The notes under the pieces: model-generated
What the model was told of the DNA's origin: nothing
The model's input: only the letters and a program-made list of their open reading frames with translations
Database searches by the model: none
NCBI GenBank assembly: GCA_977862235.1
Contig: OZ374563.1
Coordinates: forward strand, 744,001-808,000
Direction: 5' to 3'
DNA from: Dudresnaya verticillata
Lineage: Eukaryota
DNA length: 64,000 nucleotides
Translations under genes and position numbers: made by a program
Shown here: piece by piece, positions 22,183 to 33,386 of the stretch
How positions within the stretch are numbered: the stretch's first letter is position 1
Layout of the letters: the number at the start of each line of letters is the position of its first letter

Positions 22183-23637
22183 ATGAACATGGACGTCGAC
22201 AAGGTAGAAACCCTTCCCAACAGCGCTCTTGAAGCGGCCAAGGCAGAGCAAGCTGAGAAATTGGCGCACTTTGAAGCCAAGAGAATTGCTAGATCCCTCA
22301 TCGTACCCACAGATGACCTGGAAGTGCGTCAGAATCTCCGCAATCGCAGATTGCCCATATGCCTTTTCGGAGAAGATGGGCATGATAGAAGAGAACGGCT
22401 TCGAGCCGTTATGGCTAAGGAGGCCATGGAAGGGACCCCGCACCCCAAAAAGGAGGGGGACGTGCAGCAACTTGTTCAGCGAGATGACAGGGTACCCGAA
22501 CAGAAGGAAGAAAAGCACGAGGAGTACTACACTGAAGGTTCTCCAGAACTAAAAGAGCTAAGAGTTTTGCTGTCGGAGCCCTCTCTCACTCGAGCGGCGT
22601 ACAGACTTCGTGCTGAACGGCACCTACACGCAATCAAGGATAAAACGCATCCTGACCGCCAGCGCGTAAGGGACGAAGAGAAGAAGATTGTCGATGTTGT
22701 GCGGTCAAGTCACATGATATCTTCGCAGATTGGAGACCGCCGACCATTGTCCGCAATTTCATTTGGATCCATTCGACAAAGCAAGGGTGCAGTTGTCGTG
22801 ACCGGTTCATGGAATGGGAACGTAAAGGTATGGGAGAGCGAAGACGCTTGTGCGAATCTACAAACCCTAACAACGCACTCCGAACGCATCTCCACAGTTT
22901 CAATTCCGCGCGAGAACAGCGAATTCTTACTAACCTCTTCCGCGGATTGCACGGCGGGCGTACATCGCATCAACGAAACAGGTGGTGACCTCTTCAAGTT
23001 GCAATGTACACTGCGTGGACACAGCTCGCGAGTTGCCGACGCAAAGATGCACCCATTTCGCAGTTCCCTGATTGCAACATGCTCCTTCGACGGGACGTTT
23101 ATGCTACATGACAACGGGAGGCTTTTGCTGCAACAAGAAAGCGGGCACGAGCGCGTCTACCGTGTCAACTTTCATACAGACGGCGGACTGCTGGGGACAT
23201 GTGGGCTGGATGGAGGCTTGCGATTCTGGGATCTGCGGTCTGGACGGGCGGTAATGACGATGGCGAAGGCGCATGCTGACGACGTGCTCGGGGTGGAGTT
23301 CAGCGGGGATGGGCGAGTCGTGGCCAGCTGCGGAAAGGACAATGTGGTGAAGATCTGGGACCTGAGGACGCGGAGGTGCGCAAAGACCATCGCTGCACAT
23401 CGAAAGCTAATTAGCGGCATGCGCTTCGGGGGTGGGGAGAACTGCTCCGACGTGTTGTTCACTGGGAGTTTCGACCGCACCGTCAAGTGCTGGAGCGCTC
23501 GTAGGAATTGGGGCTTGCTTGCAGCGCACACCAGTCATGAGGAGAAAGTTACAGCTGTTGATTGCTCAGCTGACGGACAGCGGGTTGTAAGCGCATGCTA
23601 CGATAAGACATGGAAGCTTTGGGGTGAGGTTGTTTAG
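22183..23637 (+). CDS. PRPF4: U4/U6 snRNP WD40 protein Prp4
   Basis: SFM motif VPTDDLEVRQNLR..PICLFGEDGHDRRERLR; YYTEGS; SQIGDRRPLS; WD40 repeats. Confidence 0.95.
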   Translation: MNMDVDKVETLPNSALEAAKAEQAEKLAHFEAKRIARSLIVPTDDLEVRQNLRNRRLPICLFGEDGHDRRERLRAVMAKEAMEGTPHPKKEGDVQQLVQRDDRVPEQKEEKHEEYYTEGSPELKELRVLLSEPSLTRAAYRLRAERHLHAIKDKTHPDRQRVRDEEKKIVDVVRSSHMISSQIGDRRPLSAISFGSIRQSKGAVVVTGSWNGNVKVWESEDACANLQTLTTHSERISTVSIPRENSEFLLTSSADCTAGVHRINETGGDLFKLQCTLRGHSSRVADAKMHPFRSSLIATCSFDGTFMLHDNGRLLLQQESGHERVYRVNFHTDGGLLGTCGLDGGLRFWDLRSGRAVMTMAKAHADDVLGVEFSGDGRVVASCGKDNVVKIWDLRTRRCAKTIAAHRKLISGMRFGGGENCSDVLFTGSFDRTVKCWSARRNWGLLAAHTSHEEKVTAVDCSADGQRVVSACYDKTWKLWGEVV

Positions 23638-24112
23638 TTGCGAAATGAGGCTGAGCGCGGTTGGATGCATGCGATAACCTTGACGGCACTGGTCGCATTA
23701 AGGGTTGGTGCAGTTGCATTGTGCGATAAAACCTCAGCATTGTCCTCATGGCCGTTGGGGTCGGAGGTCGGTCTCTACGGGTCGGGTGAGGTGTGTCGCA
23801 GCGGGTGAAGCGGGAGGAGGAACAAGCATGCGCGCCCGCCATTCGCGCCAAGGGGACAGGGACAGCTTGCGAGGCGGTCAGGCCGGTGGGGTGAGGGGCG
23901 GAAGGAACTTTTTTGAGTAAATTTTGGTTGCTGCATGCCGTTTTTCAATTCGCGCCAGCTCTTCCCGCCGCACTCGTTCGCCGGCCTCATGTGGTTGACA
24001 TCATTCCGCGCAGTGCCGTCTGGGAAACAACAGTCCTTCCGCGCACGCTTCAGGCCGCAGGCACCCACAACTTGACCACAGCCTCACTGCAGAGCGGGCG
24101 CACACCTTCGCG

Positions 24113-27100
24113 ATGGATGAGGCGGCGGCACTGCGGGGCATGTGGGAGTTCCCCGCCGCGTGGAAGCTCCTCAAGCTCCTCGCACAACCGCTCTCATTTG
24201 CGGCACCCACCGCGACGTTGCTTGAAGCCGCCTTGCTCAGCCCAAGCGACCATGTTGATGTCCTTGCCAATTTCCACGGTCGTCTGCTCGGTCTCTCAGT
24301 AGGGAACACATCTGCTAAGAAATGGATGCAGACTACAGCGCGCTTTGTTCGACAGCGCCCTGAAGAGTTCACGTTTCTGGCTGAAGATATCCCGCCTCCG
24401 TTTGACCCAAAGGACGAACATGCTGTTGTAAACGCGAAGGAAGAGCCTCATCCCCAAGCTGCTAGCGAAGTCGCGAAGGAAGAGCCTGTACAGCTCCTGG
24501 ATCCTATTACGAATCCACAGCCTTTCCCCACAGATGAACGGGACTATTTTCGGTTGCTTCCGGTGACTAGGCTCCTTGTATTGTATACCATCGCAGAAAT
24601 CGTTCTTTCAGAACACGATTCCCTCTTGTGCACAGGAAGCTTGGCCGACATCGGCCTCGACGACTTGCGAGTATTCCCTTTTGCAAGCGATGCTGCCGGA
24701 AACAACTACTGGTACTTCGGCGATTTTGTGCGGATCTACCGCGAACCAGGCCGAAAGGTTTTGAAGACCCGGCGAGAAAAAGCAGACGACGATGCGAAAG
24801 CTGTAAGGAATGCCGCGGAGAAAGCTCAGCAGGAAGCCGCAGCGATGGCAGCTAGGCTTGCACGCGAGGAAAAGCGGAGAGAGGCCATGAAGAAACAGGA
24901 GGAAGTACAGCGAAGGCGAGAAGAGCGCGAAAAGAGGCGACAAGCGAAATGGGCACCACGTGTTGCGGCTCAGAGGACAACGCGTGCTTCAAGAAAAGCT
25001 GCAGATGCTCTTATCTCTGGCCAAGCACATTCTGCTGCCCAGGATGACGTTCAAAGTCGACTCAATGGCGATACCATGGCTGCTGCCAGTCGCTCTCGTC
25101 GGAGAACGAAAGCTGCTGATCAGAATATTGCGGCCCAAGAAGACGACGACGACGAGGATGATAAGTATGTCGCTGTTGAAAGTGGGAAGGGCCAGTATTT
25201 ATCGAAAAGGAGGAAGAGGCAGTCAGAGCCAGAGCCACCCACTAGAAGCAATAGAACACCAAAGCGACCTCGCAGGGCAGAACCATTTGCCGACCCGACT
25301 TTGCGAAAATGCGAAGCCTGGGAAGTGTTTTCTCAAGGAGGAGACAACCTGAAGCAGTTGATTGAGAGGTTTCGCCCAAATGATGATATTCTTTCTTCCG
25401 AAAAGGCCCTTGTTCGCCGACTGGAGGAGGAAATCCTGCCCTCCATATTGGAGAGCGAAGAGAAGGCCAGAAAAGAGCTCGAACGTCTGGAAAGGAAGAG
25501 AAGGAATGAGCTATTACTCCTTACGTTCCAAAAGCGATCATCGCGAGTACAGGCGCTCGCAGAAAAGCGCGCAGAGGAAGCGAAACAAGCTGCTATTGAG
25601 GAGGAAAAGGAAAAGGAGCGCCTCCAACGTCTAGCACAACACGAGGAAATTGTGAAATCCCAAATAGCTCATCTTGAGAAAGAACAGTCTCGCGAGATCA
25701 GGATCGCGAGGAGAGCACACGGTCGGACAGAGGCGATAGAAAGAGACGAGCTTTTGCATCGAACAGAGGATAAGAAGTCACGAAGGAAAGAAGCGCATCC
25801 AGAAGGGCTCCCAACCAGACGGAGCACAAGAGGGCATCGGGCTTCTCGACGTAGTATGACAGACCTTGCTGACGAAGATGCTAATCCAAATCCCAAAATG
25901 CCAGAACAATCGCAAAGCCCCGCTAGCGAAGGATCGGCTGTAGAGACAGCACCCAGCAAGACAGATGAAGCTGGACAACGAGACGTGATGGGTACTGAAG
26001 CAGGTAGTTCTGATGCTAATGGGCATTCACTCCCGACGGAAGGGGATGCAGCTTCTGATCCTGATCATACAACCAAGGATCCGGACGCTGCAGATGGGCT
26101 TCTGGGTGCTGATAAGGTGGTACAGGAAGAGTCAGACCCAGATGGATTTAACTTGACATCGAGCAGAACACTCCCATCCACAGTTCCAGAATCGGCTGTG
26201 ACTAACTCCCACACCTGGTTGACGAACCAAGATGATGGGCAGCCAATAAGAGTGTTGGACAAGTTCTTCTTTGTATCGCAAACTGGTTTTGAAGACGCCC
26301 AATTGGAGACGTGCGAGCTCCCGGACGCTCACGTTGTTGGTTTTGGCATCTTACATCCATTGCCCTCATCAGCCTCAGATGCAATTAGGGTTGAAATCCC
26401 GCGCGTTGCTGAATGGGTCGTTGAGTACGGTGCGGAACCGAAGATTTGGGCACGATCGGAGGATGCATGGTACGAGCTTCGGGAACCTGCCATTGAATAC
26501 AGCGACGCATTCAAATCTGCGAAACGGAAGTTTGAGATATGTGTTCGCATTGCAATTCTCGGGAGCACTATGCGAACGGCAGACTTGACATATGCAACGA
26601 TTGTGGAGCTTCTCTCGTACCGATACGAAGAAATGCAGTCGTACTCTGAAGAAGATCTTCTGCAAGAGAAACGGTTTATCGCTTCCCAAATGGCAGCACT
26701 CAATAAGCGCTCGATTGTTACGTCCGGTTTCATGAAAGAGTTGCACAAGAAGATCAGGGCGGAAGACAGCAAGGCGGCATCCGAAAAGCGAAAGGCAATG
26801 GCGAAAGCTGCCGCACAGCGAGCTGCTGCCGAAGCTTCAGTCAGACCTAGTCCTCAGGAATCAACAAAGACTGTGACAAAGAAAGCGCAGGCGAATGGGG
26901 TTCACGGAGCGAGCGCACCACGAAGGCAAATCAGACGTCGTGTGTCTGCGAATGGTCAACCTGTGGTTCCTAGGGTCGTGTCTGTAATTATCACTTCCCT
27001 ACTCAGGACAGCAACCAAATCTGCTGCTGCGAAAAAGAGAAAAAGAAAGCATGACCCTCCTCAGGACAGACCCGTTGCTCCAGGGAGTGCCCCAAGCCCT

Positions 27101-27730
27101 GAAAATCGAGAGCACCCCAGACCCGTTACGCCAGGGAATGCTCCAAGCTCTAGCATTGGAGAGCACCCCAATGGGACCCTCACACTCGAAGAAGGAGCAA
27201 GCCCCCTTGTAGGAAAACCAAGTTCTAATGGATACGGTACCGGTGAACACACGCACCTGGCCAACGGTGCCCGGTCACCCCAAGCAGCAACGGCAGTTCA
27301 ACAAGCAACAGCTCCTCTCCATAAGGAAAGTAAGAAGAACATTGCAACACTGCCAAATGGAATTCCCAGTGTTTGGGGTTCAGCGATTGTCACCGGCACT
27401 GCTCCAGGGCAGGCTGCTACTGCTGTCCCAAGACTGGGCATCCCACTGAATTATCCACAGAATTCCGCCTCCCCTAGTCACGCATTGCTCGCAGAATCTA
27501 CATCGCTTGAGGATGGAGAGGAAAGTCTGAAAGTGGACCAAGGAAACGATTCTGCCGACGTGCAAATGTCCGATGCGGAGGTTCCAGAGTCAAGTCACCT
27601 CGAGTCCGCCCCACCAAGCCTTCCTGTAGTAACGCAACAGCTGGACAAAATGGTTGATGTCACAGGGTCGAGCCTCGCGCATGTTCCGAACGGCACAAGT
27701 GAACACCATGTACAGGACACCTTGTCGTGA
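24113..27730 (+). CDS. Nuclear chromatin protein: N-terminal DDT-like/WHIM/WSD modules, coiled coil, and DNMT1-RFD (RFTS)-like domain
   Basis: LRGMWEFPAAWKLLKL (DDT-like), YFRLLPVTRLLVLYTIAE (WHIM1), PFASDAAGNNYWYF (WHIM2/WSD), WEVFSQ (WHIM3) and EWVVEYGAEPKIWARSEDAWYELREPAIEY (RFTS-like); KKRKRK NLS-like motif. Confidence 0.7.
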   Translation: MDEAAALRGMWEFPAAWKLLKLLAQPLSFAAPTATLLEAALLSPSDHVDVLANFHGRLLGLSVGNTSAKKWMQTTARFVRQRPEEFTFLAEDIPPPFDPKDEHAVVNAKEEPHPQAASEVAKEEPVQLLDPITNPQPFPTDERDYFRLLPVTRLLVLYTIAEIVLSEHDSLLCTGSLADIGLDDLRVFPFASDAAGNNYWYFGDFVRIYREPGRKVLKTRREKADDDAKAVRNAAEKAQQEAAAMAARLAREEKRREAMKKQEEVQRRREEREKRRQAKWAPRVAAQRTTRASRKAADALISGQAHSAAQDDVQSRLNGDTMAAASRSRRRTKAADQNIAAQEDDDDEDDKYVAVESGKGQYLSKRRKRQSEPEPPTRSNRTPKRPRRAEPFADPTLRKCEAWEVFSQGGDNLKQLIERFRPNDDILSSEKALVRRLEEEILPSILESEEKARKELERLERKRRNELLLLTFQKRSSRVQALAEKRAEEAKQAAIEEEKEKERLQRLAQHEEIVKSQIAHLEKEQSREIRIARRAHGRTEAIERDELLHRTEDKKSRRKEAHPEGLPTRRSTRGHRASRRSMTDLADEDANPNPKMPEQSQSPASEGSAVETAPSKTDEAGQRDVMGTEAGSSDANGHSLPTEGDAASDPDHTTKDPDAADGLLGADKVVQEESDPDGFNLTSSRTLPSTVPESAVTNSHTWLTNQDDGQPIRVLDKFFFVSQTGFEDAQLETCELPDAHVVGFGILHPLPSSASDAIRVEIPRVAEWVVEYGAEPKIWARSEDAWYELREPAIEYSDAFKSAKRKFEICVRIAILGSTMRTADLTYATIVELLSYRYEEMQSYSEEDLLQEKRFIASQMAALNKRSIVTSGFMKELHKKIRAEDSKAASEKRKAMAKAAAQRAAAEASVRPSPQESTKTVTKKAQANGVHGASAPRRQIRRRVSANGQPVVPRVVSVIITSLLRTATKSAAAKKRKRKHDPPQDRPVAPGSAPSPENREHPRPVTPGNAPSSSIGEHPNGTLTLEEGASPLVGKPSSNGYGTGEHTHLANGARSPQAATAVQQATAPLHKESKKNIATLPNGIPSVWGSAIVTGTAPGQAATAVPRLGIPLNYPQNSASPSHALLAESTSLEDGEESLKVDQGNDSADVQMSDAEVPESSHLESAPPSLPVVTQQLDKMVDVTGSSLAHVPNGTSEHHVQDTLS

Positions 27731-27900
27731 GCGAGGCAGTATTGAATCTTCTGCTGCGTTTCGTCGAAGGCATAATAACATAAAAATATTCCCTTCGTAA
27801 CTTTATTGAAATGCCGCACTAACAGCTTCATCTTTGTTTTACCACCGTTGTACACAATAGCACAATTTTCCGGACATCCTAAGTGGATTGTTCGAAACCA

Positions 27901-29013
27901 CTACCGTTGCCGATCTTCATCGCGAGTTGCTACATTTGGGTCCCATGGGAGCGGCCCATCATAAACCTTGCTTCCGCAATGCCGAAACAGCGGGGCAAGT
28001 TCTGGGCATCCTTGAGGATATGGATGATATCGTAGGTAAGGATTTCTTATCTCTTTCTTGTCACTCAGCACGGAAGTATGACATCCATATGGATCTCGGG
28101 CAAACGGCCCCATTGCACGTGCTCGTTCACCGGCTGATAAAGCGCGCGTGCTGTCAATCCCTTCTGGGTCTACACCGTAAAACTGGAAGCGACGCTGCGG
28201 GAATCGCAAGGCCTTCCTATGAATTTCTTCAAATCGGATCTTCTTGAAACCAAAACTGACCACTTTGATGAGTCGTGGATACCTCCCAACAACCTGGTTA
28301 AACCTGCACACGGAAAACAGCAGGTTTTCTAGCGAGTCGCGCGCGTATTCCTCAGCCAAGGAGCGATTTCTCACCCCCTCGCCCTCGTGGCCGTACCATG
28401 CAGACGATTCCGCAGCCATCCAATACGTCAAGCCCTCGCTCCTCGGCCCAGCACCTGTCCGTGTCTGTCCCCCAGAGAAGACCAGCAACGCTGACGAGTC
28501 ATTCGCAGCCAACTCGACACCTTTCTCAATATGCTTGAGAAAGGTGGCGACCTGTCCCTTCTGGAAGTCCTCCAAAATCCAATTGCCCTCATCGTGAAGC
28601 GAAGCTGCCTCCCAGCTATGGCCTGTAAAAATAGCGTGGCCAGCAACAAGCACGAGGGTGGAAAGCTGTTGCCATTCCGGATCTCGGAGGTGCTCCGACG
28701 CGGATTGCGCAAAGCGGTCCAGCGGAAGATATGTGGTGCGTTGGGTCGACATCGTGGTGCACAGCGAGGCGCTCAGGGCAAGCAGGGCTGGAGCGTCGAG
28801 GATGACGAAGACGACAAAGGCGAAGAAGGCCAAGAAGGCGAGAGCGCGCGACGAGCTGGACAGACGGGCCATGAGGCGTGCTAACGAGACGCCGGCAGAC
28901 GGGCGGAACTTGTCTCCGACATAGTCGGTGGCCACGCGGGTCGGCAGCAGCGACTCGTCACGGTGCCCCGCGCGGCGCAGAAGCGGGACGGCTGGGCGAG
29001 TGGATTGGGCCAT
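27901..29013 (-). CDS. Conserved DUF218-like membrane-anchored protein (YOR238W-like)
   Basis: N-terminal TM segment; LVLVAGHAIF, LLVFSGGQT, EEYARDSLENLLFSVCRF and FKKIRFEEIH motifs. Confidence 0.75.
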   Translation of the reverse strand: MAQSTRPAVPLLRRAGHRDESLLPTRVATDYVGDKFRPSAGVSLARLMARLSSSSRALAFLAFFAFVVFVILDAPALLALSASLCTTMSTQRTTYLPLDRFAQSASEHLRDPEWQQLSTLVLVAGHAIFTGHSWEAASLHDEGNWILEDFQKGQVATFLKHIEKGVELAANDSSALLVFSGGQTRTGAGPRSEGLTYWMAAESSAWYGHEGEGVRNRSLAEEYARDSLENLLFSVCRFNQVVGRYPRLIKVVSFGFKKIRFEEIHRKALRFPQRRFQFYGVDPEGIDSTRALSAGERARAMGPFARDPYGCHTSVLSDKKEIRNPYLRYHPYPQGCPELAPLFRHCGSKVYDGPLPWDPNVATRDEDRQR

Positions 29014-30178
29014 GGCGGCTTGTGCGCGGGCGAGCTCGGCTGCCCGGGTAGGGCAGGTGCGGGAATAGGACTGTGCGGCGGTGTGGGCAAGAAGTTGTGC
29101 GGCGCGGCGCGGTCCTGAAGGGGAAGCGAGGTAGCCGCAGGGCTGCCTTCAAGCGCGCGCGCTTGTCGGTTGGCTTGGATGCTTCATGGGGGAGTCATGG
29201 GACAGACACGGCGGAGCCCGAGATGGCGGTAGGAGGAGAAGCGCAGCAGCGTTTGGCTGACGCTGATGAATGCGCGCTGAAATGCTACAGTATCATTGCA
29301 GCGCCAATTGGCACACGGTCGAATTGCACCGGTTGCTATGCGGCCCCTGTTTTTGGACGACTGTCAACAGTCGTTGGGCCGTGACGCGAGGATATGTCTT
29401 GCTGCTGCTCTGCTAAGATGCAATGCTTCGAACCCGTGCTCCGCGACAAGGAGAGCCGCCGCTGGCATGGCATATCCGCGCCCTAATCCTCAACTTTCAG
29501 AGAGGGGATAACACGCAAAAACGGGAATGTGCGGGGGATAGAATGTGCCGGTAATAGCACCACTGTCTCTTGCGAAACAACTGCAGCAACGATCCCAACC
29601 TGAAACACAATGTCTGATGCTTCTGAGTTTTATGTGCATCTGTATCCTCTCTGAACAAGGGCAGCGGGGCTTTAAGAAGCCCATATCTCTTGCCCAGGTG
29701 TTTCTTAACGGCTGCTGCCATTGATTTGACCTCGTTGCATTTGAAGAACTGAGCAATATTGCCTGTCTTCCACAACCAAGCCAACGGAGAACTAGTACGG
29801 TAGATATATCGTTATATCAACGCCAGGAAGCGGCCCTTTTGAGGAGAGGAGAGGCAGTGGAAGGGCTTGCGATCTGCATAACTGGCGGTCGGAGGATCAA
29901 CTCCTGAGCATTCTCGCATGAGCACATCATGGCCTGCCAGTCCTGAATGATTTTGCAAAAATTCCTCGTCCAGTTTATTCACACGACGATAGGGTCGTCG
30001 GTCGCCCTTGGTGGGCGGCAAAACGGCAAAATGGATCAAACAGAGTAATCTTCACCTGCAACCGCCAGGACAAATCTTAGTCTTCCGCCCACAACACGTC
30101 AAGCAAACAAGCCACACAACAGAAGGCCCTGCCCTCCTTGAGAAGCTTCCCACAGGCAAGTTAAGCACGCACGACACA

Positions 30179-30553
30179 ATGAAGCTGGTGCGCTTCCTGG
30201 TAAAGCTGCGCAACGAGACGGTGACCGTCGAGCTGAAGAACGGCACGGTGGCACACGGCACGGTGGCAGGCGTGGACCACAGCATGAACATCCACCTGAA
30301 GGGCGTCAAGCTGGAGGTGCGGGGCTGCAACCCGACCAAATTGCAGGCCCTGTCCGTGCGCGGCTCAACCGTGCGTTACGTCCTGTTGCCGGACTCGCTC
30401 GCGCTCGACTCGCTGCTCGTCGACGACGGGCTCCGTCCGCGGCGAACCACTAACCCTGATCGTGTCGCCGGCGTCGCTTCAGGGCGCGTTGTTCGTGGTC
30501 GCGGGAGGGGCAGAGGGCGCGGTGGTGGCCGAGGGCGCGGATCAAGGCGTTGA
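30179..30553 (+). CDS. SNRPD1: Small nuclear ribonucleoprotein Sm D1
   Basis: [37 protein letters not shown] and an RG-repeat tail. Confidence 0.96.
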   Translation: MKLVRFLVKLRNETVTVELKNGTVAHGTVAGVDHSMNIHLKGVKLEVRGCNPTKLQALSVRGSTVRYVLLPDSLALDSLLVDDGLRPRRTTNPDRVAGVASGRVVRGRGRGRGRGGGRGRGSRR

Positions 30554-30791
30554 AGCCGAGCAGAGCTGGCACAGCAATTTCTTAACTGTTTAATAGGGAA
30601 TGTGCACTACGGTCGGAGAAGCAAAGCCTGTACAGTCGCTTCCTGGATTTCTATGTACATGACGCCTCAAGTAAACGACTGCCTCGGCAATGGCATCTTT
30701 AACTTTCAAATCTTAGTAGTAGTGCCTTTGTGCCGCTCATGAATCGATTTCAGTAATCTGCAAAACTTCGTTTTGTGTGGGCATTGTCATG

Positions 30792-32468
30792 TCACGTCTT
30801 CGCTTGCCGTGGAGGCAGTGGTGGCAAGTCGCCAGTTGGGGCAGCAGGACCAGAGTTGTCCGCAAGCCCAAGGCCTCCTGAGCGCCCAAGGGACTCTAGA
30901 ACAGAATAGTTCAACTTCTTTGACGGCTTTGGTGGTGGTGGTGGCGTCGGAGGAGCATCGCGATCCTCTGCTCCCTTAGCATCCTTTGCTGCCGGATCCA
31001 CTTTCTTTTTCTTCTGTGACCTCCAAGGCCTGAGTCGCTTGTACTCTTCTGGTCGTTCCCTCTTCATTTCCTCCAGTCGCTCTTGCTTTTCGAGATACTC
31101 CTTGTTAATCTCGGTCCACAGCCGCTTCTTCGCCTCGTACTCCACTTCTGAGTTAATATAGTCTCGGGCTTCATCATCATCGAGGTCACTCAACTCGTCG
31201 TCCTCATCTACAGTTTCCTTCTCGGTTGTGTCCTGTTCATTCTCTGCGATCTTATCCTCCTGCTCCTGTCTCTGCTTGATGTCCATCGCAGACTCACCGC
31301 CATTCTTGTGCGCCGGAGCAGCCACAGCAGCATCAAACGCCTCACACACATCCCCCTCCTTATCAAGCTCCTGAAGCTCAGCACTTGCAAGAGCCTGCTG
31401 TAATTCGCTCTCAAGCTGGCTGTCCTCCGCAGTTCTGACTCCTTTCTCAACGGCAAACTTAATTGACCTCGAGCTTTGCGTTCGTACATCAACATCGCCG
31501 GTCTCCTTCTCTGCTTCTGCACCATCCTTGGACAAATCACTTTTCTTCGCTTGCGATCGTTGGAAAGCTGGAGGATCACAGCTTTCGATACGCTCACTCG
31601 GAGCTAGAGAAGTGGCCTTTCCATCATCGCCGCCTCCTGCCTCAATCTGCGCTGTAGTCATAGCGGCAGTCGGTGTTTTGTTCAGTTCCTTGAGGCGCTC
31701 TCGCAAGGAGACGTTACCAACCCTGACGACACGCGCAATATCCGCAATTGATCGGTAAAAGTCGTGCATTCGAGAGGCAACAGCCAAGGCAGCGCCGCAA
31801 ATACCGCTCGGGCGACGCCCGTCGTTCATCCAGTCGCGCTGCATTCTTGCCATCAAGCGCAGGGCACTCATGGCGACAGCGTGGGCCTTGTCAGCAAACT
31901 CGAGCTTGCTCGCAAAACGGTGAATGTACAGACTCGGATCGACGATGGGTAGGTCAACAGAGAGCAGTTGGGCAAGCTTCAAAAAGGTATGCCCCAATAC
32001 GTATACATTTGTTTCAAGCTGGTCCGAGAAGTCGATGAGCATGTGCGGGGTCTTCTCCGTTCTACAAACAATGTACAAGCAGGCGCAGCAGACATTTCCC
32101 ATACGCCTTCCCTTGTGAAAGTTGCGCTCAACAGCCAGACGAAACAGACGAAGGGCAAAATCAGTGTGGCGGGTCTTGAGCCCAAGCGACGAGACCATCT
32201 GGGTAATGTGTCGGCGTCCGTTACTCATGGTGATCTCGGTAGCCTCGCGGGAAAACCCGGGCAGCACGCCGAACGAGCTGATGCGACCGTCGGCACGCAC
32301 GTGCTGCCCCACGAGATTGCTGCGGCCGCGCGCGTCCTCCGCGAAGGTGACCTCGTTGACGATGAGGTTCTGCTCCAGCACGGTTCCGCAGCTCTCGCAC
32401 GCGGCGACACCGCGAGCTGGGTCATAGTCGATGTCGTCGCTGCCGCAGCTGGAGCATTTCATGGACAT
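30792..32468 (-). CDS. BRF1: TFIIIB subunit Brf1
   Basis: Zn ribbon CSSC..CESC; cyclin repeats CLYIVCR..HMLIDFSD, DPSLYIHRF and GRRPSGICGAAL; C-terminal Brf1 blocks LSDLDD, KKRLW..N and SKKLNY. Confidence 0.95.
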   Translation of the reverse strand: MSMKCSSCGSDDIDYDPARGVAACESCGTVLEQNLIVNEVTFAEDARGRSNLVGQHVRADGRISSFGVLPGFSREATEITMSNGRRHITQMVSSLGLKTRHTDFALRLFRLAVERNFHKGRRMGNVCCACLYIVCRTEKTPHMLIDFSDQLETNVYVLGHTFLKLAQLLSVDLPIVDPSLYIHRFASKLEFADKAHAVAMSALRLMARMQRDWMNDGRRPSGICGAALAVASRMHDFYRSIADIARVVRVGNVSLRERLKELNKTPTAAMTTAQIEAGGGDDGKATSLAPSERIESCDPPAFQRSQAKKSDLSKDGAEAEKETGDVDVRTQSSRSIKFAVEKGVRTAEDSQLESELQQALASAELQELDKEGDVCEAFDAAVAAPAHKNGGESAMDIKQRQEQEDKIAENEQDTTEKETVDEDDELSDLDDDEARDYINSEVEYEAKKRLWTEINKEYLEKQERLEEMKRERPEEYKRLRPWRSQKKKKVDPAAKDAKGAEDRDAPPTPPPPPKPSKKLNYSVLESLGRSGGLGLADNSGPAAPTGDLPPLPPRQAKT

Positions 32469-33386
32469 GCTGGGTGCGCGTAGGCCGCGGGCGGTGCTGC
32501 GGCGCGCTTGCGGGAGAGAGGGCTGTGGCGGGCTGTCTGGCGGGTTGGGCGCGCAGAGGTGGGACGCGCGCACGCTCCCGGGTTCCTTTCAAGCTGCCTT
32601 CGCACTCCACAGCCGGTGGTCAGACGCCCGACGGTGAGTCGGGTTCGTCGGCGGTTGCGCGGAGACTTGTCACGCGAAAGCGAAAGCCGACGGCGTGCGT
32701 GCGGGAGCGCGGATTGGGCTGGCCGATCCGCCGGCGGCCGAATGCATCGCATGCCAAATGCGGTCAGGGACGGCATAGGGTGACGTCGTTTGCCGCGCTG
32801 GCCGCAATGATCTGGGGGTTCAAATTTTGCATAATTTTGGGAACCCTTCGAAAACGACAGCGCTGCAGAGTATATGCGTTTATCGAGGGGTTTTGCATCC
32901 CACAAGCACTCGGGCATCACTCTCATCACGAGAACTGCATGACACCCCACAGCCAGAAGCTCCAAACTTCGTTGATCCCTTTTACCGCGTTCTTCTCTGC
33001 TGCTGTTGAGCGTGTGCGCGCGCGGTACGCGCGGGGCGCGCGCGCTGAAGCCGTCGCCACGCCCCGCCTGCGGCCACTCCACCGCGGCGACCACGCAGCG
33101 CCGCCCGTCTTTGCCGCTGCAACCCCGACTAACAGCTAGACCTTGTAGATTCTACTTGAGAAGTGCAAAACACGCGGTAGTCTTACTAGATACAAGTCAG
33201 TAGTTCTTTGTTTACCGTTTTGCTAACGAAAAGTAATCACGCATTGCTAGCGTGAAATGCCTCGACCCCTCTCTCGGCTTGTGCGGCAATTGCCCATTAG
33301 AGTGCCACAGCGCAGTTGTCCACGAGCCGCTCAGCATGGCTGTATCGACGCCCCTCACCATAAAGCCGTACGAAACAATGCTATGC

